Positions 52,374 through 64,000 of a stretch of 64,000 bases of DNA are shown here, piece after piece. The notes beneath the pieces were generated by a model. It saw only the letters and a list, made by a program, of their open reading frames with translations. It searched no databases and was not told the DNA's origin. Source of the DNA: Adineta vaga. Lineage: Eukaryota > Animalia > Rotifera. The translations under genes and the position numbers were made by a program. The stretch spans positions 19,964,001 to 20,028,000 of the forward strand of contig CP075492.1 of assembly GCA_021613535.1 (NCBI GenBank), given 5' to 3'. Positions within the stretch are counted from its first letter, which is position 1; every line of letters starts with the position of its first letter.

Positions 52374-52835
52374 TCATACTGGTTCACTATATCTAACTTG
52401 TTCTTCGTCACTTATTTTTATGTCGAGCATTTTGATAATGATGGTCAAAAATGAAATTATCTAGCGAGTTTATGGCAGTACTCACGTAATGCTCTTGTCC
52501 AACATCATTGACAGAAGAAAAGAACTAGATGGCACACCACTTTCGCTGTAGTGGTACGAAATGCGGTGCAGGCATTGAAACTTTGATTTTTTTTTGGGAT
52601 ATTTTTCAAAAACTAATGATAATGATGTTGCCTAATTTATACTATTCCCTTTTTTCATCAAATATTGTAACATCTGGTTTTTATTTAATTTTCATGATTG
52701 TCAAAGTCTGCACGTACAGACAAAATGAAATAGATAGATTTGTAAGAACATCATTCACCTTTTTTCTAAAAAAATATTTCATTATAAGTAGCAGTGTCAT
52801 TACCATGATGATAACTTCCCAAGGAAGACGTAAAG

Positions 52836-52935
52836 ACACCTACACTCTCAAGAAATATCGTCATAAATAATTGGAAAGTTGCATCTTTTTTAAAGAGTGT
52901 GAGTTGGACAGGTGAGGAAATTCATACACACCTTC
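52836..52935. repeat. Degenerate hairpin arms H19
   Basis: acacctacactctcaaga, then aagagtgtgag...catacacacc. Confidence 0.55.
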
Positions 52936-54204
52936 TTTTTGATCCTAAAGTGATTATGACCGATTTTGTAACAGAAGTTTTACCAATGATCAAATTGGAA
53001 ATAAGTAATTAATCGCCACTGAAGTAAATTTGATCCTTTCATTTGTAGCTTTCCTCTGTTCGACATCACGCCTGTTTCTTGCAGTTTACACAAGTCTCTT
53101 ACCATTTCTTTTCTTTCCTTTTTCGTTTTTTTTTTTATTTTCAAAAAGGTAGATTTATCCGTAGATACTGCTGATATACGAACGGTTTTTGTTACATTAG
53201 AGTGAGCCTGTTGTTGTTTTTTTCTTTTTGACAATACTATAAAGCTGGTGGATGTGTATCTATGTTAGGAAGATGAATATAGATAATATAGATTCAGTCA
53301 GGATACTACGAAATGAAGAATGTTAAGTGCTTTTTTGTTCTGAAAAAAATTCTAGTATTTGTGTATAAGATATTTTAATCGACTTTTTTCATTCGGAATC
53401 AGTTGAATGACGTTATGTTGAATCATAAGAACAAAACAATATGTATTGAATTTTTATGAAACACGACCTAAAAGAGTGTGTTGAAGTGTATAGCAATATA
53501 AATTTATCCATTCTCTCTCATCTTCCCCTAAAAACCTTAGCAATGAGAGTTGAAAGTCATCCGATATATTTGACAAGCTTTTCTAGTATATCGGCAGCTC
53601 TATCGTGTTTTACATTTTAATTCTCCAGTGATTTCGCTAACAGCTTTTATTTTCAACATTCAATTAATTCTTATTAGTGGAAGTGTGACTAGAACACATT
53701 AAATTGATGAAAATAGTTCACTAAAATTCTTCGAGGTTTCAAATTTGATAAAATACCTTTAACTTTCGAACTAAAAGTATTAATTCTAAAGTATTTTTTT
53801 TGCTTCTAGTAAATCAAACATAAGGTGACTTATTTAATTCAAGGGGAAAAGAGCGATTTATGATTTATCTGATTTATTTGAAAATAAATTATCATGGAAT
53901 AATGATCAACGTCGTCAAACAGAGATTATTAGTATTCGAATTCTTAAATCATTATCATCTTTAATGAAATTTATAACAATTGATTATCCAATGTAGATCC
54001 ATCGAACTGAAAATTTTACTGCAGTCTTTTTTTACTTCAGTTCATTTGAATTTATTTTAACTGACATCAATTTTGTATTTTTATGAAAAATATTTGCTTT
54101 TAAATTATCATTCGACTTAAGAGATTGAACAAATCATCTTGTTTAATTTATATTTTATTATTAATTAAATCCAAACGAACACACACACACACACTAAAGA
54201 AATT

Positions 54205-54259
54205 TTGAGGGTGTGGGTGTGGGTGTATCTTCTTCGCTTACACCCACACCCACCCTCAG
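54205..54259. repeat. Telomere-like hairpin H20 (best-preserved copy)
   Basis: ttgagggtgtgggtgtgggtgta-tcttcttcgct-tacacccacacccaccctcag; (CA)n just upstream. Confidence 0.92.
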
Positions 54260-54712
54260 GATGAGAACGATTAATATTCTGTAGAAGACGATATAAAGGT
54301 CATTAAATGCATGTATTAGAAGTGAACTATCCACGAAAATGAATTTCTCGAAGAATTTTCGAAAAAAACTGAATCGTGTCGAATGTGTTAATCGATGAAT
54401 ATTTACAGATCTTGAACTATACATAAATAGCTATCCATAGATATTATATAAAACAATTAACTAAGACAAAATCGTTTATAGGATATAAAAGTAATAAGAT
54501 TCTATTTGACAAATTCTTGTATTATAATTAACCAAATCAGTATTAAAAACATTTGTTAAAATACTTACAGGAATGACAACTATAATATAATAAACAGATA
54601 AAAACATGTTAATGAGAGAAAATACATTGAACGTGGCTCATTTCTTAATGATGTTTGAATAAACATAATTATATTCATAAAGAGACCTGATCGATTTCCG
54701 TGAATTACGAAC

Positions 54713-54817
54713 TCTTGAGGAATCCTGAATCCAGAATGATATTTAAAGTCATATAAATGCATAAAATAATAAAAAACATTCTAAACATCAACTTCACACC
54801 CACATCCACACCCTCAA
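54713..54817. repeat. Hairpin H21
   Basis: tcttgagg...cacacccacatccacaccctcaa. Confidence 0.7.
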
Positions 54818-54942
54818 AAATGTTCTTATCTTTCTCAATTATAATAATTATAAAACTGTGGAAAACCTTGACTACTTTCTCTTTCTTTTCATAATAGTAC
54901 CATATTAATGATTGGAGTTTTGAAATAGAATATCTAACAACA

Positions 54943-56388
54943 GTGAAGTCGATTAAGAAATATATCATTGTATTACTTATATTCATATTCTGTATAACTC
55001 AAGATAGTCTAAGTGAGTTAGCTATTAATGCAAGTATATATGCATCAAGTCATCGATGCGTGTGGTTACCATGCTCTGTCGATGGTTACCCATCACCATG
55101 GTTGAATTATTCTTTAGATTGTTGTTCGTTAGAAGTACCACTTAATTGCAATCAACCGAATTGTACTATATCTATTTCAATGTCGTGTCTTAGTTCACTT
55201 CGACGAACAGTCAAAAATAATTCTGTTTTTATTCTTATGGATGGACGAGATCAATCTGGATGAATATTATTAAAAAATACAGGTAGAATTATTCCAGCAT
55301 CATTTTGTCCTACTTTGATTTTTTCAGATCATCGTGGTACTGGACTATCGACTGTGTTAGGTTGTGACGACGATAATTCACAAACGATTGCTGTTTTTCT
55401 TATCTATTGTCAAACAGATCCTAAATGTAGTCAAAATTTTCCATCTGATCAACCACCTTCTATTATGCTATTTCATATTCTTAACGATCTTGATTCAAAT
55501 AAACAACATTGTGCCCAGAAATATTTCTCTCAATATCAATTTACTTCTGATTGGTTATGTATATCTTTGTTTTACATGATGCAATCTGCAGATCAATATA
55601 CCTATCGAACGATTTTACCAGCCGTAATCTTTCGTCTGCATCGTTATAATGATGAAGATGTAATTGTGTTAAATTTTTCCTTTCGAATCATTACATATCA
55701 GATCGAACAAAGAAAAGACATACACAATGGTCCAGCATTTTTATTTTCAAATGTTCTCAATTGTAATATTGTTCAATCAGAACTTTGGTTAGGATCGAAT
55801 GAATCAGAAGTAGATAAAGAAACAATCATTGCGTGGCATACATCAACAATTATGTCAGCTGGTAACGGCGAACATCTTATCTCAATACGTTTTCAATGGC
55901 CAAAATATCCGATAGATCAATATAGAGATCAGCTCGCTTCATATTCACCACTGTTGATGATCTCGGGTCAATTGGATCCAACAACAATACTTGATCAAGT
56001 CTCACTATTAGCATCGATGACTGCAAAGACTCGAATATTTTACGGAATTCCACTATAACTGGACATGGAACTTTATACATGGCTTTAGCTGGTTACTATT
56101 GTCCAATTCATTTAATCTGTTCATGGATATTTCCTGATGTTTTTCCTGTGGAGTGGAACGATTCAAAATGTATTCGTGATATGCCTACGACTATTGATTT
56201 TGTCGGAGCAACCCAACCTGTTCAACAAACTGCAATGTTTTTTGAATACTATTCAACCATGTGGAAATGAAAGTTCCAAACAAATTTCTAATTCAACTGC
56301 TCATGTGGCGAGATTTATTCCATTATTAAATGTATTTTGCATTACCATAAATCTTGTTTGTAATATCATTTTGACTCGTATATCATAA
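54943..56388 (+). pseudogene. Secreted alpha/beta-hydrolase (TAP-like peptidase), decayed
   Basis: CCSLEVPL, DHRGTGLS, PLLMISGQLDPTT; stops, frameshifts and no GxSxG segment. Confidence 0.75.
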
Positions 56389-56433
56389 TTTGAATTTATC
56401 GAAGATTTTTATTACTTTTTATGAAAATATAAA

Positions 56434-56520
56434 ATCTTAAAGGTGAGCGTAGATGCCGTTTTCCTATCAAATTCACATTCACACCTACACTCATACCAAA
56501 CCCATATATTCATCCTCATT
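56434..56520. repeat. Degenerate hairpin H22
   Basis: atcttaaaggtgagcgt...cacacctacactcatacc..catcctca. Confidence 0.6.
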
Positions 56521-56748
56521 CTAAACGAAAGAAAAAAGAAATTTCGTCATTTATCGTCTCTCTGTAGATTCGTTTTCATTTAACGTCATAAAATGTTTTT
56601 ATCTTTATTTACTGTATAGATCAAATATAACGGTGAGTCTGTGAAAATATTCGAAAAGATTGTTACACAGCACAGTCTTTCTATAAAACAAACTCATTAA
56701 TTACCGACAGTTAATATATTCACCTTCAATCCGGCGACATATTAAAAA

Positions 56749-57603
56749 ATGAACAAAACTAGCTTACTTAAACAATTGAAAATCGATGAAAAATTCGTCG
56801 AAGCACTATATTTATTTGGTTCACATGCGTATGGTACAGCAAGTGAACAAAGACAAAGTGATTATGATCTTATAATGGTATTACAATCAAATGCATTTGA
56901 TACACATGAAAAATTTAAATGGAAGAGTCTAAATGGAATAGTTCAACGTAATTGGCTAAGTCCAAATTTTCGAAAATTATTTTCCGATGAATTTGATAAA
57001 TTTCGTTTTTTGGATTTGGGTGATCGTGATGCACAGATATGGATGTTCAGTATTGAAACTTTTCAAAAACTCATAGCAACAAATACAATGTTTGTTATCG
57101 AATGTATTTTCCTACCAGAACATCTCAAATGGATTGAAAAAAGAAAATTTTCCGATGAATTTCATGTTAATGATCATATGTTACGCGAATCAGTGTTAAA
57201 TCATTCACGATCGCATCTATTTATGGCCTGTAAAAATATGACTGAAAAATTATTTCCAACTGAAAATAATGATAGTGAGACTCGAAATAACATTGATCAA
57301 ATGTCCAACGATCCTATTTGGAACCATGCCATACTTCCACAAAACTATCATTTTTATAAAACTAAAAAATTGATTTGGCATTCAATTCGACTACTCTATT
57401 TTGGTATTGATATTAAACGTTTTGGTCAATTGACAGATTATACAAAGGCAAATTATCTCTATGAAGATCTTCTTGCTATGGAATCACACAGATGGATAGA
57501 TTTCAGAAATAAATATATTACAATTTATAATCAATTAACCAAAGAATTTCTGAATCTTATACAAGATTCGTCAACGTTATTAACACCTCTAATAGATTTA
57601 TAA
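56749..57603 (+). CDS. Pol-beta-superfamily nucleotidyltransferase, intronless
   Basis: LYLFGSHAYG..SDYDL; C-terminal KKLIWHSIRL helix; TATA-like element ~56682. Confidence 0.8.
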   Translation: MNKTSLLKQLKIDEKFVEALYLFGSHAYGTASEQRQSDYDLIMVLQSNAFDTHEKFKWKSLNGIVQRNWLSPNFRKLFSDEFDKFRFLDLGDRDAQIWMFSIETFQKLIATNTMFVIECIFLPEHLKWIEKRKFSDEFHVNDHMLRESVLNHSRSHLFMACKNMTEKLFPTENNDSETRNNIDQMSNDPIWNHAILPQNYHFYKTKKLIWHSIRLLYFGIDIKRFGQLTDYTKANYLYEDLLAMESHRWIDFRNKYITIYNQLTKEFLNLIQDSSTLLTPLIDL

Positions 57604-58704
57604 ATTCATCTCATCTCTATATGATTTACAGACCAATTCAATCGAATATACAATGTCTTATTCTTTAAAAATAATAAATAACACTCATATTAATTGAAAA
57701 TAGAATACTTGTTTTTGTTTATTATATTAATGTTAAGTATTATTAGACGAGATAAAGAAATCAAAATCAGAACAATTGGACTATAATAAGAATATGTTTG
57801 TGTGTTTTAATCTGTTTATAAAGAAATATTTTCCATATAAATTTGTTTTGATCTGATAGTAAGACATTCTTAATTGTTAAACGATAATTTTCCATTTTTA
57901 GATCTTCGTTGATCTATTATGATTATGATAAACATAGCTGATAGAAAATTAATTGTAAATGAAATGGAAAAAAATGAACTATCGAAATCATTTAAAACAA
58001 GACATTGTTATTTACAAACTGTTTGTTTTATTAACAATAGCGTTGAATAAATGTGAACATAATCATAACTTTTTAGAAAGATCTTCAAGATTCTATATTT
58101 TATACATCGTTTGCTATTTTTTTGCCTTTCTTTGGATAAAAACAATATTATCCACTAGAAAATGAAGATCTCATTACAAATACAAATGATATTGACAATA
58201 ATTTAATATGGTTAGATGAAGAAACATTGAATTCAATATCACCTGATATTCAACTTACAATTGATATGTTTAAAAGTAAAACAAATACTGATTATAAATT
58301 ATATAATAATTCAGAATTATTTTTCAAAGAAATTGAAAATATAAGTAAAACAAGAAGATTTGTACTGATGAACAAACTTTGAAAGAAATAATTGAAGATA
58401 AATTCAATCAACCAAGAGATTTTCTTTAAATGGATCAAAATTTAAATCCTTTATTTATTTTAAAAGAAATTAATAAAAACTTTCATTTTATATAAACAAT
58501 ATAATGAAATACAGGAAATAATATATTCTAACAATTTTTTTAGCAATTCATATGAGCCAAAAAAATTATTCTTAACAGCTCATTTCAAATAACCTACCGT
58601 CTAATTTGAATGGAAATTTCTCAAAAAAGGTTTGTAGTTTCAAAAACATTTATTCTGTCTTATTGCTTCTCGGATAAACTTAATGTCTGAAAAGACTGTT
58701 TAAT

Positions 58705-61311
58705 TTAAATTTGTTTACGAATATTTTGAAGTAGTTGCTCAAGATATTTTGAGTCTTTTTTAAGTAAATTGATGAGACGCTTGCGAGCCTTTTGGACGAC
58801 ACCATGCCACATCATTGCTAATGTTCCAAAGCGAGCTTCAAGCACAGCAATGACAATCATCGAGACGAGAACCTGTTGATCAATTTGACTATCTCCGCAA
58901 GTAAATTCAGCAAGTGTTTTTTCAGTTAAGTTTTTAATAGCTTCTGAATCAAGATTCCAAAGACCATCAAATAATTGTTTGTTGATCAAAAGTCGAACAA
59001 TATCCTGATCATTTGATGGCCATATTTCTTTTTCGCTAAACATTTCTTTCCTCTTCCTCTTCTTCTTGGACACGGAGTCAGAGTAGACATTGTCCTGATC
59101 ATCCGCATCATTCAAGCAGAGACTTTTCGGTTGAGAAGTTCGCTTATGAAGAGTGCTTGACCGGAGTTTAAGTTTATACTCGGAATTATCACATATTATT
59201 GGTTGGGATGCGTTGAATGATGATGATTTCACATTGGAATATTTAGTATTGCGATTACCATAGGTGTCAGGCAAAACCTTGCGATGTCGGCAAGCACCTC
59301 CAATACCAAGTCCTAATCCACCACGACCACGACCAGTTCCCACATATCCTTGTATGGACCTTTGTAGATGCTGATCGTCGGCAGAAATTTGGATGGGCAC
59401 TTCACGAAGAACCATGTTCGCATTACTTGCATTCATTCGTTTTTCGACTCCGACAAATGCCGTATAAGGACTCAAAATGTTATATTTCAATGATATTGCA
59501 ATAATACGTTGTTTAGCTATCTCTTCCGATGATGTTTCCATCGGTTCTTGAAGTCGTATTTGTGTCGAACCGATTTCCAATGTTTTCGTATTCGATGACG
59601 GTAATTTAGCGTGTTGTAATTCGAGAATGAGTGCTTTCGCTGCCAAACGAGCGATTGTTTCGTTCTCACCAATAGCCGGTATATGGTCAACTTTGGCTAC
59701 ACCTAACGAACGATGATCACGCTCAGTTAGCAATTCGACAGATGAATTATGATCAAAAGGAATGGTTTTGTCGTCGACCAGAGCGTAAACAATCAGACGA
59801 TCGTTGGCATAGACTGGTGGTAAGTGAGTTGGAGCACTCTGAACTGAAACTCCAAGATTCCATTTAATGTGAACATTGGTAATACATGGTTGAAGTGCTT
59901 TTTGTAATTGTTCTCCAACGTATACATCAACACTGGCATTCGGTGGAATAAAAACAAATCGACCATTGGTTGCACGAGCGAGACCTTTGACTAATGATCG
60001 ACTTGGTGATTGTCCTAGACCAAATGAAAATATACGAGTCGATGTAACCATTGAACGACATAATTCAAGTACTTCTGTCACATTAGAAATTTCACCATCG
60101 GTTAAAAGAAATACTTGACGTGCACAACCTTGACTAGGCGGATGTTTTTCAATCCATCGCAAAGGTTCTAACTACACATAAATATAAATATAAGAGGAAA
60201 CTGCAGTTAAAGAGATTAAACTTACTAATTCAGTTCCACCAAGATCTGCTTGCAATCGTTCGATAAGTTGTTCGGCTTGTTGTGCATTGGTTCTGTTATA
60301 AACTACCGTCTTCTCATTAAATAGAGTTTTGTATTGAGAACCAAATCGAATGATATTGAAATGACAATCAACAGGTAAACTTTTGAGGAAGAGTAACATG
60401 GCTTGTCGAGCCAATCCAATTTTATTTTCGCCCTGCATTGATCCACTACAATCGACGACAAAAATAAATTCATTCATTAAATCATTTTTTGATGCTTGAT
60501 GACATTCTTCTTCGGTTGGAATGAAAGCAGCCATTATTGCACCAGATTCTACAGCCATAATAGTACTATTTCGTTGACTAGAAAGTTCAATATTAATTAG
60601 GATATCTCGATCTAAATGAGTATTCTGTTGTGTAAATGTTACAATATAAGCATCTTGTTGGACAAGATCGATTTCAATTGGATGTGATGATGAACTAACT
60701 CGAGTAATTTGTTCTGTTCGAGACCCAATTGTCTTTTCAATATGACAACGAAAATCAATAGTATATGGGCTTGACTGAACATATTTAGATGTAGTACCGG
60801 CTGGCGATGCGAGTCCGCCTTTGTCAGGATTATAACGTGGTGCAATTGTTGTGGGTACAGCAAATCGAATAGTTGATCCTTGAACAAGATTCAGTTCTGT
60901 TATATAACCAATAGTAATTGTACAGTCATTTGATGGTGGTAAAGCACCAACATTTATGATAAAATTATCTTGAGATTTTTCATCTTGTTCCAATAGATAG
61001 GCTCCATGACCATCTTGTAATGCATTGTTATATTCTTGTTGTGCTTCTTTCTTCTCTTTTAATTGAGCACTAATTTCTCGATCATCAATTTGAGCTTTAA
61101 ATGTGTAGATTGCTGCTTGTTCTTCAATTGGAAAACAGTAGACCGCTTCGATTGGCGTTGCTTCGTCATTGTGAAATATTTGTGTAATGGTCACATCAGC
61201 AGCAAATGCACGGATTTTTGATTCAATAATTACTCGTTTCAAAGGCACATAATTTGCTTGTTGTTGTGTAAGAACGGCAGATGCTGAAAGGTTACTTTTG
61301 ATTCGAAGCAT
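58705..61311 (-). CDS. VIT + vWA protein (VWA5A/PARP4-C-like); intron 60172-60225
   Basis: VIT (IEAVYCFP), MIDAS DCSGS, LGGTEL|LEPL, LLTDGE, C-terminal QLFDGLW. Confidence 0.9.
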
Positions 61312-61603
61312 ATCGATGTTTATGTGGTGCGTGTACACGTCGTCTCTTTATATAGTGTTTGACTTGCGTCAATGCTAGAAAAGTGAAAGAAAACATTTAT
61401 TATATTCAGATGATTCAGATAGCATATATTGCTCAATTACAACGAGGAGGAATGAAAAAAAGAAAATGTTTTACTAGCAATCGGCGACTTACCATGTGAC
61501 AAGAAAAAAATAACATGATAATTTATGTGCTGTTTCACAATATAGATTAAAACATACTTTCCATAGTACTATTTATTCGACTTAATGAAGTTACTTATTT
61601 AGA

Positions 61604-61670
61604 TGAGGGTGTGGGTGAGTGTATGTGAGGATGTAAAAGGAAGAGAAAATCCTGACGCTCTTATCCTCAA
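61604..61670. repeat. Telomere-like hairpin H23
   Basis: tgagggtgtgggtgagtgtatgtgaggat...atcctgacgctcttatcctcaa. Confidence 0.75.
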
Positions 61671-61819
61671 AAATACTTTTTATGCATGTTTTTTGCGAAC
61701 ATAAAAGAACTTCATATCATTATATTCATATTTATTGTTTTCTTTCAATTTTTTCTATTAACCGAAGAAAAGTTAGTATTTTATCGAGGATATAAATGAA
61801 CGAATGAAAAAAAAACTAT

Positions 61820-62705
61820 ATTCAGAAATTGAAGCGACGATATTTTCAAGATCTTGAGAGTTATTTGTTTCTATCAGCATCGGAACATTTTGAATAACAA
61901 CATTGCGCTGCCATATAATCAAAAGCAACACCTAAATTCTTATGTATTCTACCAGCGTTGAATTAATTGTTCAGCTTTCAAATAAAAATGTATAGGTTCG
62001 GATGGTTGTCTTTGTGCTTCATATACGTATCCGATAGTTATGTATAGAATGATTAATTCAATGTGGTTAGACAGCAATGAACTTGAAAATATAGATTCAG
62101 CTCGGAAGAATTGCTCATTATAAAGTATAAAGATCCGATGCTGACGCAAGTTGTGGCTATCGATGGATGATTACATGGTAGTAGTTGAAGTTCATTTTTT
62201 TGTATTCTTTCATACAATAGTAACAATCTTTCTTGCGTTCAACGAGAAACAATGCACATCGGTAATGAATAAGTGCTCGAGTAAAATTTTGAAATGTACT
62301 ATACGTCAACGCTATATTACTTTGAACAATAGCAAACCAAGTTGAAGAGAATCCGACAGTATCTGCCATTTCATTCAAAGCTTTTTGATAATATTGCATA
62401 GCTGTATCTAAGTTGCCTTGTTATCGGCAAATTTCTCCAAGATTATTATAAACAACACCTATGTCACGGCGAGTATTAGGTAGTTCAACTAATAATAAAT
62501 GATAAATATGTGTCGCTCGTTTAAAATCACCAACTTTTGACACAAGCAAACCGAGTTCAACTAAAGATGATTGTGCACCCAGATGGCTTTTAAAATAAGA
62601 CATCAGATCATCGATTTCCTTTTTCACTTCGTTCCTAAGTTTTAAGTTAATTAACCAAATATTGTCAAGAGGTAAATCAACACTTTCTATATGAAAAATA
62701 CATCC
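61820..62705 (-). pseudogene. ART-TPR gene 3' fragment, cut at H24
   Basis: Begins GCIFHIESVD..IWLINLKL (end of ART domain), then TPRs with stops. Confidence 0.75.
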
Positions 62706-62779
62706 ATCTTGAGGGTGAGGGTGAGGTAGAAAAGCAATAAAGATACCTCAAACCCAGACTCACACCCACCCTTAAGATG
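62705..62779. repeat. Telomere-like hairpin H24
   Basis: catcttgagggtgagggtgagg...cacacccacccttaagatg. Confidence 0.9.
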
Positions 62780-63170
62780 ATCTAGATTTTGTTCAGACTA
62801 AAGAATTTCTCAAACGACAAAAGTTTTCTATATGATATAAATAATCACAAGAATAATTCTGTTATATTTCTCCATCACTACAAAAAAAAACAGAAGAACG
62901 AACGAACGTTATGCACGTGGACGTTATTAAGTAAATATAACTTTTGCTATGTGCTGCCTAACAGGTAAGTGATATTGTGAGTTGATGGTGCAATACAGTT
63001 GCGAAGCTTTGATGAGTGCGTAATGTGGAAAATTCCAATTTGATTTTTTTTCAAATATTAGTCGATGTTATGAAAGCAGAAATGATAAAAATTTATATAA
63101 AAAGACTATTGTGACGTTGTTGAATTATTAGGCTTGATTACTAACGATTATATTTTCTTCTATAGATAAA

Positions 63171-63632
63171 ATGACTACGAGAATGAAAGTGCTTGACAAA
63201 CAAATCCTTTCATTAGAAAAAAATGCTGAAACAACAAAATTTTCTATAACTCTGATAAATGCTGACGATCCAGACCACTATCAAGCAACCATACGTGGTC
63301 CAGTTGATAGTCCCTTCGAAGATGGTATGTATTTGCTCGATGTACAATTTGCCACTGAGTATCCTTTCAAACCACCGAAAATAAAATTTTTAACAAGAAT
63401 TTTTCATCCGAATATTCGTGAAGATGGAGCAATTTATTTGAATATACTCTACGATGCATGGACTCCAGTGTATACGATCGAAAAAACCTTTTTATCAATT
63501 CAATCGCTTCTTTCTTCACCTGATACCAATGTGTCAATGGTCGGTAACAAAGAAGCGGCTCGACTTTATCTCCATGATCGCAATAAATACGATCAACACG
63601 TTCGTTCGTATACTCAAAAATATACACTATGA
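63171..63632 (+). CDS. E2-fold protein lacking the catalytic Cys (UEV-like)
   Basis: YPFKPP, HPNIREDGAIYLNIL (Y in place of C); TATA box ~63095. Confidence 0.88.
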   Translation: MTTRMKVLDKQILSLEKNAETTKFSITLINADDPDHYQATIRGPVDSPFEDGMYLLDVQFATEYPFKPPKIKFLTRIFHPNIREDGAIYLNILYDAWTPVYTIEKTFLSIQSLLSSPDTNVSMVGNKEAARLYLHDRNKYDQHVRSYTQKYTL

Positions 63633-63872
63633 ATATTAACCATTGTGATTGAATATCTTTTCGAAAAATAAATCAGACATTTGTATTTTTATATTGAGGA
63701 TGTCGATGAGTTTACCAAGAAAACATTCAATAAAATCAAAAAATACCTTAATTATCTTGTTATAGAAGTAGGAGAGAGTATGTGAGTTTTTTATAATATC
63801 ATTATTGGATAGTAGCGACGATTGTTTGGCTGATATGTAAGGTTGTTGTCGATCTAGAATAGGATGTAGTAT

Positions 63873-63942
63873 TTGAGGGTGTGGGTGTGAGTGTGAGTAT
63901 ATCTCATTTGAAAACACTCATATCCACCCACACCCACACCCT
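63873..63942. repeat. Telomere-like hairpin H25
   Basis: ttgagggtgtgggtgtgagtgt...acactcatatccacccacacccacaccct. Confidence 0.9.
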
Positions 63943-64000
63943 TTTTCTGTGTCTTCGTAAATATAAATTGCTTTTTAAAATACAATATCATATTGAGTGA

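Noticed and set aside
58140-58520. Remnant resembling an ART-gene N-terminus (NLIWLDE)
   Set aside because: Too decayed to call.
4905-63942. CRISPR array or classical integron interpretation of the repeats
   Set aside because: Spacing is kilobases and irregular, there is no cas gene or tyrosine integrase in the window, and the genes have spliceosomal introns. Only the analogy is retained.

Overview
AT-rich eukaryotic DNA with short GT-AG introns. The gene repertoire (ADP-ribosyltransferase-TPR, NHL, kelch, divergent E2s, ameliorated bacterial-type genes, maT/pogo/P-like/KDZ transposons) and the TGTGGG/TGAGGG repeats point to a bdelloid rotifer; this assignment is inference. The dominant unexplained structure is about 20 copies of a short (40-100 bp) palindromic element, consensus (CA)TCTTGAGGGTG(T)GGGTGT-[variable 9-30 nt loop]-ACACCCACACCCTCAAG. 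The copies recur every 0.3-8 kb and split the window into segments of roughly 1-3 genes. Several sit exactly at rearrangement junctions: one clips a transposon TIR, one marks the start of a ~99% identical gene duplicate, and two cut genes mid-domain. The window therefore reads as a patchwork of gene-sized fragments joined through telomere-like hairpins. Candidate explanations are a cassette-like array, telomerase healing followed by fusion, or a recombinogenic micro-element. Other highlights: a histone H4 tail mimic with K5/K8/K12/K16 replaced inside a VIT-vWA protein; a coiled-coil/mRNA-guanylyltransferase fusion beside a KDZ transposase; an unameliorated Bacteroidetes-like FGGY kinase; and four E2 genes with three different active-site states. 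Family assignments come from recognised motifs only; no searches were run.
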